DNA of 63,356 bases, filler included, from Asterionella formosa (Eukaryota): NCBI GenBank assembly GCA_002256025.1. It is 28 parts of 28 records of this genome, joined end to end, with 100 filler letters (N's around TTAATTAATTAA, not from the genome) between each part and the next. Parts side by side here need not be neighbours in the genome. Positions count along the whole stretch, not along the records: positions 60,035 to 61,075 come from NKIB01004751.1; positions 61,176 to 62,215 come from NKIB01004752.1; positions 62,316 to 63,356 come from NKIB01004753.1; 25 more parts are not named here. One strand, written 5' to 3'. Under the pieces are notes generated by a model that was given only the letters and a program-made list of their open reading frames with translations, made no database searches and was not told the origin of the DNA. This document shows, piece by piece, positions 60,035 through 63,356 of this stretch. A program made the translations under genes and the position numbers. The stretch's first letter is position 1, and the number at the start of each line of letters is the position of its first letter.

Positions 60035-61075
60035 AAGTAAGTACTGGAAAATTGACAAGATATCCATTGAGTAACGCTTGTTCCAAGGTTAAAAGAGCAG
60101 GAGAAAAAAGATCTGCATGGGCAAAAGAGACAAGAGCAGATGCGGGGGGACTACCAATGGCAGTAGCAGCATAGTGTGGTGGGGCAGGCAGTGGAAGGTT
60201 GACATTGGTAGTGGTAACATGCCATAATCGGGTGGCAGCTGAGCGGTTGCCCTGAAGGATGCACTGGCCATCAGACAAAACAGACATATATCTATTGATG
60301 AAGAGGACTTCATAGCCAGAGTCACATAGCTGCCCAATACTTAGTAAAGAACAATTGTGAAGACCGGGGACAATGTGAACATGCCTGGCAGCAGGCAAAA
60401 GCATGGGTAAATTAAGCTTGGACTCATGAGTAGAAGTAACATGGTGACCATTAGGAAGTTTAATGGTGATAGGCGTAGTGGTGGTTTGTGAATTGATGAC
60501 AGGGAGATCAATGGTGGCGTATTTGCCAGAACTACCAGAATCAGCAATTAGCGTGATGGGGGAACAAGTAAGCAAAGTAGATAAGCTTGTGTTATTAGTA
60601 TTAACAATGTCAACTTGCTCCCCTCGATATCAGCCAAGCAGGTAGCGGAGGCAGCGGGGGGACACGGGGTGTGCAATTGGTATGGGTACCATCGCCGAAG
60701 ATACGGACGCTGCCACCCATGCGTCGATCAAGTGTGGCATTAAGCTGATGACCAGAAGAGGGATGGTTACAGGTGGCACTGGTGTGGTCAGGGTGCTTGG
60801 TGAGACCAGCATGAGTCCAACAATATCCTAATTGTACATTGTTGTACACGTATCCAGTTGGGACAGCTCGGGCAGCTGCGGCAATGCCGGGCAGAGGGGT
60901 AGTATCACTGGTCGTGACAGCTCGAGTGGCAGCTGCAAAGCCTGGCAGGGGGGTATGACCACCAGTCTGAATAGCAGCATGAGCACCATGATATCCCACA
61001 GTGGTTGCAATTAACATGCGTAAGCATTCCTTATCCCCGTGGATGAAATTTGAGCAAAAATTCGCCCATGTATGA
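60035..61075 (-). mobile_element. Copia (CoDi-like) gag C-terminus and protease
   Basis: Gag GYCWTH..HTSATC....GH...AT...MGGS. Pol IADSGSSG, IKLPNG, SLLSIGQLCDSG, GNR....LW. Confidence 0.85.
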
Positions 61076-62315
61076 NNNNNNNNNNNNNNNNNNNNNNNNN
61101 NNNNNNNNNNNNNNNNNNNTTAATTAATTAANNNNNNNNNNNNNNNNNNNNNNNNNNNNNNNNNNNNNNNNNNNNGCTTCGATATCGCATGAGTGTACCT
61201 GCTGGAGCTCGCGACACTTACGGCAAGGACGCGAGAGGCATGCAAAAACAGTTGCTCGAACATCAACGTAAGAAGAATAATTCGTCTCGACAGCATGCAA
61301 GCGGTCAACCTAGGTAATGATATACCACATACTATTCCATGTAATTACCATGTGATGAAATATTCCAGCATATAAGGTTGAAGAGGAAAATAGATAACTA
61401 ACCTCAATCCAATTAACACAAAGAGACATGATACCTAGTACCAGTAATAAATGGTTTTGAGCCACGTGATTATATTGTTTGCCAACTAATTCTAGAATTA
61501 TGCTAAAATTGATCCCCTCTTCTGACCTTTGGCACAGTATTATTTAGTTCTTAAAGCTACATGAGAATTAGATCATTTTTCACTTGAACATATATTAACT
61601 GAGCTCTATCCATTTGACAAGTGAGAAAAATGGTCGAAGTGGCTCAAAGCCATTGATTAAAATTTCTGCATACATGTCGTTATTTTCATAGGCAATGGTT
61701 AGAAATTAAAATATGGTTTGCATTTTTTCGCACATGTCTAGTTGCATTGTTCTTAGACTGGTGGTGTACTCTTTTCATCATCAAAGACTCCTCGCATTGT
61801 TTTCGCAGTAGTCATTCCATCGCCGCTCATCCTTAGTAGACTGGTGGTCCTCCCATCGTATCTTGTTTTGTAGTGGAAGCGACCAAAGGGTGAGGAAGTG
61901 GCACTTTTGCAGTTGCAACTGGCACTGCAATGTTACCACACATCATTATGTTATGGTCTCTGGTAAGAAGAAGTTGCTTTGTTGCTGGTAATTGAATATC
62001 GCCTGTTCACTTGTACCACATTGCCATTGTCTTCATTTGCGCCACTGTCCACTCTGCGGGCTGTTTGTTTAGAGCTCTGATTGCATAAACCTTTTTTTGC
62101 AAGCGGCATGTGTGCATCTATTTTCTTATTCTCTTGCTCACTCTGCACTTCTTCTGTATGCCTCTTCATTTTCAGCTGGTCATTGACCACTTCAGGAGTT
62201 GAAGTAACTGCCTGCNNNNNNNNNNNNNNNNNNNNNNNNNNNNNNNNNNNNNNNNNNNNTTAATTAATTAANNNNNNNNNNNNNNNNNNNNNNNNNNNNN
62301 NNNNNNNNNNNNNNN

Positions 62316-62788
62316 GTATCCATGTGGACTTGAGGGAGGCCCATTTGAAGGAATGGTGTCACTTAATGTCTGTAAAGAATTATCGAGCTGGCAAGTCTAG
62401 GATAATAATACGAAATGACACAAGGTTTCCTGTCCCAAATGACAAATATGTGGACACACATTCGACAATGAAAAGTCATGAGAAAGAAAAGGATGGAAAG
62501 TTGTACTTTTATTTTGATAAAAATTTGCAAGAATGGATGACTTTTGTAGCTCAGGGCTGTCCAACATTGTCTGATGACAATGGGGAAGAGGAAGCAAGGG
62601 ATCAGAGAAACATAACAGTCTTGGACACTGGAAGGAGGCATACTGAATATATTGGTGCTGGCTTCCATCCCAAATTGATGCTTGTAATCCAAGGAATTGA
62701 ATTTATTTTTGTCATGAGTTTGTTGTTGTTCTGGTACAAAGTGAGGTCAAGATTCCATTGTCATGAGAAGACAATAAAGAAATCTTAA
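62316..62788 (+). pseudogene. Possible degenerate DDE transposase C-terminal fragment
   Basis: 154-aa ORF. FHPKL...QGIEF..SLLLFWY loosely resembles the PK.HPEL.GEGIEY.W motif of IS630/Tc1-like transposases. Confidence 0.3.
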
Positions 62789-63356
62789 AAATTCAGAACT
62801 GTTTCATCAAAAATAGTTTATTGTAATGAAAATATTGTCTAAATTAACATAATATTTTGATAACCACAATTTTGACCTGTACTACAGTTTGACTTTTTAA
62901 TTTCCTGGTTGTGCACAAAAACAAACAGTAAGCTAGTCGAACAAATACTCTTATACTTTTATAGTATCATCTTTGGACAATCTTCTGGGCTACACTTATA
63001 CTTGAGGCAGTTATCAAGCAGCATACTGGTAGTGCTATGATTGGGGGGGAAGGGGGTTGGAATTTTTTTTTCTCCAATCACAATTTTGAGTTTCAAGATA
63101 CCTTATTCCAGAAATCTCCTACCGGTAGTTTATATGCATTTCTCTACCGGTCAGTCGAGCGCTGTCTTGCTTCCGCCGATTTTCTATTTTTAGCTACCAG
63201 TATTTCGCAATGAATATCAAAGCTACGTTTTCGTTTCTTTCACTACTTGCTAGGGACACATGTATACTATCAAAGTAACCGATAAAAGTGTTAAGCAGTT
63301 GTTGTACAAAATCGAAATTAATACAGGTAATCATTTTATCATGGTTTCTTATCATG

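Noticed and set aside
1045..62315. Regularly spaced TTAATTAATTAA every ~1.14 kb, resembling a periodic array
   Set aside because: Always centred in N44 blocks: an artificial spacer. The period reflects size-sorted contigs. ORF tails of X...LIN are artefacts.

Overview
This window is not one locus. It is a pseudo-concatenation of 28 unlinked contigs/scaffolds joined by an artificial N44-TTAATTAATTAA-N44 six-frame-stop spacer: 26 contigs of about 1.04 kb plus two scaffolds of about 16.8 kb (11437-28217 and 31747-48518). Neighbourhood across spacers therefore has no biological meaning. Most of the DNA looks like a diatom nuclear genome (inferred from bipartite plastid-targeting presequences, short introns and diatom-type transposons). 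Host genes: a plastid-targeted MutS2-like ATPase, a thioredoxin-like/BioD-like P-loop protein, two PhyH-family dioxygenases, a SNAPC1-like protein, DIS3/RRP44, a large secreted SdrD-B/PT-repeat/vWA protein and an RNI-like LRR protein. The small contigs are mostly transposon pieces (LINE RT, several copia, DIRS/Ngaro-like, Crypton, pogo-like, Kolobok-like, Ambal-like) and tandem repeats. One contig (52044-53085) is bacterial, probably Bacteroidota. Best leads: (1) a DIRS/Ngaro-like element whose gag and pol are in frame and separated only by UGA-CUAG, a leaky stop context; (2) an attC-like palindrome between two promoterless bacterial ORFs, i.e. an integron-like cassette array; (3) three repeat-embedded fragments of the photosynthesis gene PGRL1, suggesting transposon capture; (4) a Kolobok-like transposon carrying a P2X7-ballast/KolX-like ORF, with a second copy whose 5' end is tandemly amplified; (5) a candidate tRNA-derived SINE. 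All family assignments are from motif recognition by eye; no searches were run.
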